Positions 8,831-10,945 of a DNA stretch of 10,945 nt are shown piece after piece. A model generated the notes under the pieces. It ran no database searches. It was not told where the DNA came from and saw only the letters and a list, made by a program, of their open reading frames with translations. The stretch is from Octopus sinensis (lineage: Eukaryota), in assembly GCF_006345805.1 (NCBI RefSeq), contig NW_021827236.1, forward strand, positions 1 to 10,945, read 5' to 3'. Within the stretch, counting starts at the first letter, position 1. The number at the start of each line of letters is the position of its first letter. Both the position numbers and the translations under genes were made by a program.

Positions 8831-9217
8831 AGGAGTGGCTGTGTGGTAAGTAGCTTGCTTACCAACCACGTGGTTCCGAGTTCAGTCCCACTGCGTGGCA
8901 CCTTGGGCAAGTGTATTCTGATATAGCCCCGGGCCGACCAATGCCTTGTGAGTGGATTTGGTAGACGGAAACTGAAAGAAGCCTGTCGTATATATGTATA
9001 TATATGTGTGTGTGTTTGTGTTTGTCCCTCTAGCATTGCTTGACAACCGATGCTGGTGTGTTTACGTCCCCGTCACTTAGCGGTTCGGCAAATAGAGACC
9101 GATAGAATAAGTACTGGGCTTACAAAGAATAAGTCCTGGGATCGATTTGCTCGACTAAAGGCGGTGCGGCAGCATGGCCGCAGTCAAATGACTGAAACAA
9201 GTAATAGTAATGTAAAG

Positions 9218-9218
<1 letters not shown>
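8831..9218 (+). mobile_element. Full-length tRNA-derived SINE with a CORE-like segment and an internal microsatellite
   Basis: A box TGGCTGTGTGG (8836-8846), B box-like AGTTCAGTCCC (8879-8889), CORE-like GGCACCTTGGGCAAGTGT (8897-8914), internal (TA)(TG) at 8989-9020, 3' stem-loop CAGTCAAATGACTG and a GTAA-type tail. It is preceded by (AT)n and has a second copy at 7051-7222. Confidence 0.92.
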
Positions 9219-9252
<34 letters not shown>

Positions 9253-9697
9253 ATGTACATATGTGTGTGTATATATATGTGTGTGTATGTATATATGTAT
9301 GTGTGTGTATATGTGTGTATGTATATATATGTGTGTGTATATGTATATATGTGTATATTTATGTATATATGTATATGTATGTATACATATATGTATATAT
9401 GTGTATGTATACGTATATCTATCTATCTATCTATATATATATTTAAGTGTAGGTATATGTATATATATGTGTGTGTGTATGCGTATATGTATATATGTGT
9501 ATATATATATGTATATATATGTGTGTGTGTGTATATATATATATATATGTTTATATATATGCGGGTATATGTATGTGTGTATATGTGTATATATATATGT
9601 GTGTGTATATGTGTGTATATATGTGTGTGTGTGTATATATATATAATATGTGTGTATATATATGTGTATGTATATGAGCGTATATATATATATATAT
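9217..9697. repeat. ~480-bp compound (TA)/(TG) microsatellite
   Basis: Almost uninterrupted alternating purine-pyrimidine tract between two SINEs; it is the source of the long C/V/Y/I/M ORFs. Confidence 0.97.
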
Positions 9698-10086
9698 GGA
9701 GGCGCAATGGCCCAGTGGTTAGGGCAGCGGACTCGCGGTCATAGGATCGCGGTTTCGATTCCCAGACCGGGCGTTGTGAGTGTTTATTGAGCGAAACACC
9801 TAAAGCTCCACGAGGCTTCGGCAGGGGATGGTGGTGATCCCTGCTGTACTCTTTCACCACAACTTTCTCTCACTCATACCTCCTGTTTCTGTTGTACCTG
9901 TATTTCAAAGGGCCGGCCTTGTCACTCTCTGTGTCACGCTGAATATCCCCGAGAACTACGTTAAGGGTACACGTGTCTGTGGAGTGCTCAGCCACTTACA
10001 CGTTAATTTCACGAGCAGGCTGTTCCGTTGATTCGGACCAACCGGAACCCTCGTCGTCGTAACCGACGGAGTGCTTCCATCCAACC
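9698..10086 (+). mobile_element. Full-length tRNA-derived SINE (tRNA-Arg-like head; octopus OR-type by inference)
   Basis: A box TGGCCCAGTGG (9708-9718) and B box GTTTCGATTCC (9752-9762) have tRNA-like spacing. A ~310-bp tRNA-unrelated body and a CCATCCAACCA tail follow. The copy is flanked on both sides by (TA)n and retains CpGs, suggesting it is young. Confidence 0.9.
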
Positions 10087-10108
10087 ATATATATATATGT
10101 ATATATAT

Positions 10109-10274
10109 AATGTTAAATTAAAACCCGCAAATCCTGAAATTACAGCAGCTATCCAGAGTTTCCTGGTTGAAATAATATTTTATTCCGCCATTTATTAATC
10201 TGAAAACAACACCGTCTGTCAGTTGTCTTTTGGGTAACTGTAATTGTTCGATTTATGGGTTTTAATTTAAGATT
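10109..10274. repeat. 166-bp element with 37-bp imperfect inverted ends (MITE-like)
   Basis: AATGTTAAATTAAAACCCGCAAATCCTGAAATTACAG versus the reverse complement of 10238-10274 (AATCTTAAATTAAAACCCATAAATCGAACAATTACAG) matches at 30/37. Confidence 0.65.
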
Positions 10275-10352
10275 CTCTTTACTCTCTTAGCTGATATGAT
10301 CGACTGCTTTTTCTACTCGTTCTAGCATTACCACCTAATATATATGGTAACC

Positions 10353-10457
10353 GGTAATATGACTGCAGGTAGGTTTACTCTCGTTATTTTGACTGCGGGA
10401 TTTTGATCCCCAGCAATTTGACTGCCAATCAGTTTCATTCCCGGTAATTTCATTTTC
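10353..10457. repeat. Degenerate ~15-bp tandem array (7 units), probably a DNA-transposon subterminal array
   Basis: Units are GGTAATATGACTGCA/GGTAGGTTTACTCTC/GTTATTTTGACTGC/GGGATTTTGATCCCC/AGCAATTTGACTGCC/AATCAGTTTCATTCCC/GGTAATTTCATTTTC. Confidence 0.7.
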
Positions 10458-10461
10458 GATA

Positions 10462-10945
10462 TTAGGCAGTAATTACAGCTTGAATTCTACGAGGTATGGA
10501 CTCGTACAAAGTTTGAATTTTTTCCTAAGGAATTTTTGTCCATTCTTCAGCTGAAGCTGTTTCCAGTTCTTGTAGTGATGTTGGTGGAGGATATCAGCTC
10601 CTTACATGTTTTTCTGAAGTGCACCATAAATGTAAAATAATATTGAGATCTTGGGACCGTGGGGGCCAGATAAGATGTTAAACTTCACTAGAATGTTCCT
10701 CGTGTCATTCAGCAACAACTTTAGCTGTGGGAATTGGTGTATTGTCATCCTGAAAGAGTGCGCTTCCCTCCAGAAACAGCTGCGCAACCAAAGGAGGAAT
10801 TTGATCAGATAAAATGTTTAAACAGTCTTCACTATTGATTCTGCCATGAAGAAAAACCATTTGGGTCGGCGGGTTTCCAAGATATAACCCCCCCCCCCCC
10901 AGATCATCAGATCTTCCTCCCATGTTTAAGATGTGGAAGAAGTCA
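10462..10945 (-). pseudogene. Tc1-like transposase pseudogene, C-terminal catalytic half (DD36E spacing), continuing beyond the window
   Basis: KHGG.../MIWG (frameshifted), then MVFLHGRINSEDCLNILSDQIPPLVAQLFLEGSALFQDDNTPIPTAKVVAE*HEEHSSEV*HLIWPPRSQDLNIILHLW...PPPTSLQELETASAEEWTKIP*EKIQTLYESIPRRIQAVITA*. Multiple in-frame stops. Confidence 0.93.

Noticed and set aside
9698-9775. tRNA-like sequence with A and B boxes
   Set aside because: There is no proper acceptor stem or cloverleaf, and it continues into a SINE body, so it is a SINE head and not a tRNA gene. The same applies to 8831-8900.
9050-9860. Long ORFs of 145-198 aa rich in C/V/Y/I/M or H/T/Y/I
   Set aside because: They are translations of the (TA)/(TG) microsatellite and SINE sequence, not proteins.

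Overview
Repeat-dense, AT-rich animal (metazoan) intronic or intergenic DNA with no recognisable host protein-coding exon. The three tRNA-derived SINE families and the very dense (TA)/(CA)/(TG) microsatellites resemble what I remember from Octopus genomes; this taxon call is an inference, not a database result. The window contains four SINE copies, a decayed R4-clade (RLE-type) non-LTR retrotransposon 3' end (~275-1372, -), an internally deleted DD37D/maT-like mariner with both TIRs (1692-2509, -), a decayed Tc1-like transposase with DD36E spacing (10462-end, -), a ~780-bp MITE-like element with ~120-bp TIRs (7319-8095), and smaller inverted and tandem repeats. The most interesting signal is a structurally complete minimal type I hammerhead ribozyme motif with a compensatory U3-A8 core pair and a palindromic stem III (6909-6944). 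Two more degenerate hammerhead-like relics are present, one overlapping a near-perfect 138-bp palindrome, which suggests Penelope-like or retrozyme-type elements. Almost all ORFs in the supplied track are spurious translations of microsatellites or of transposon antisense strands.
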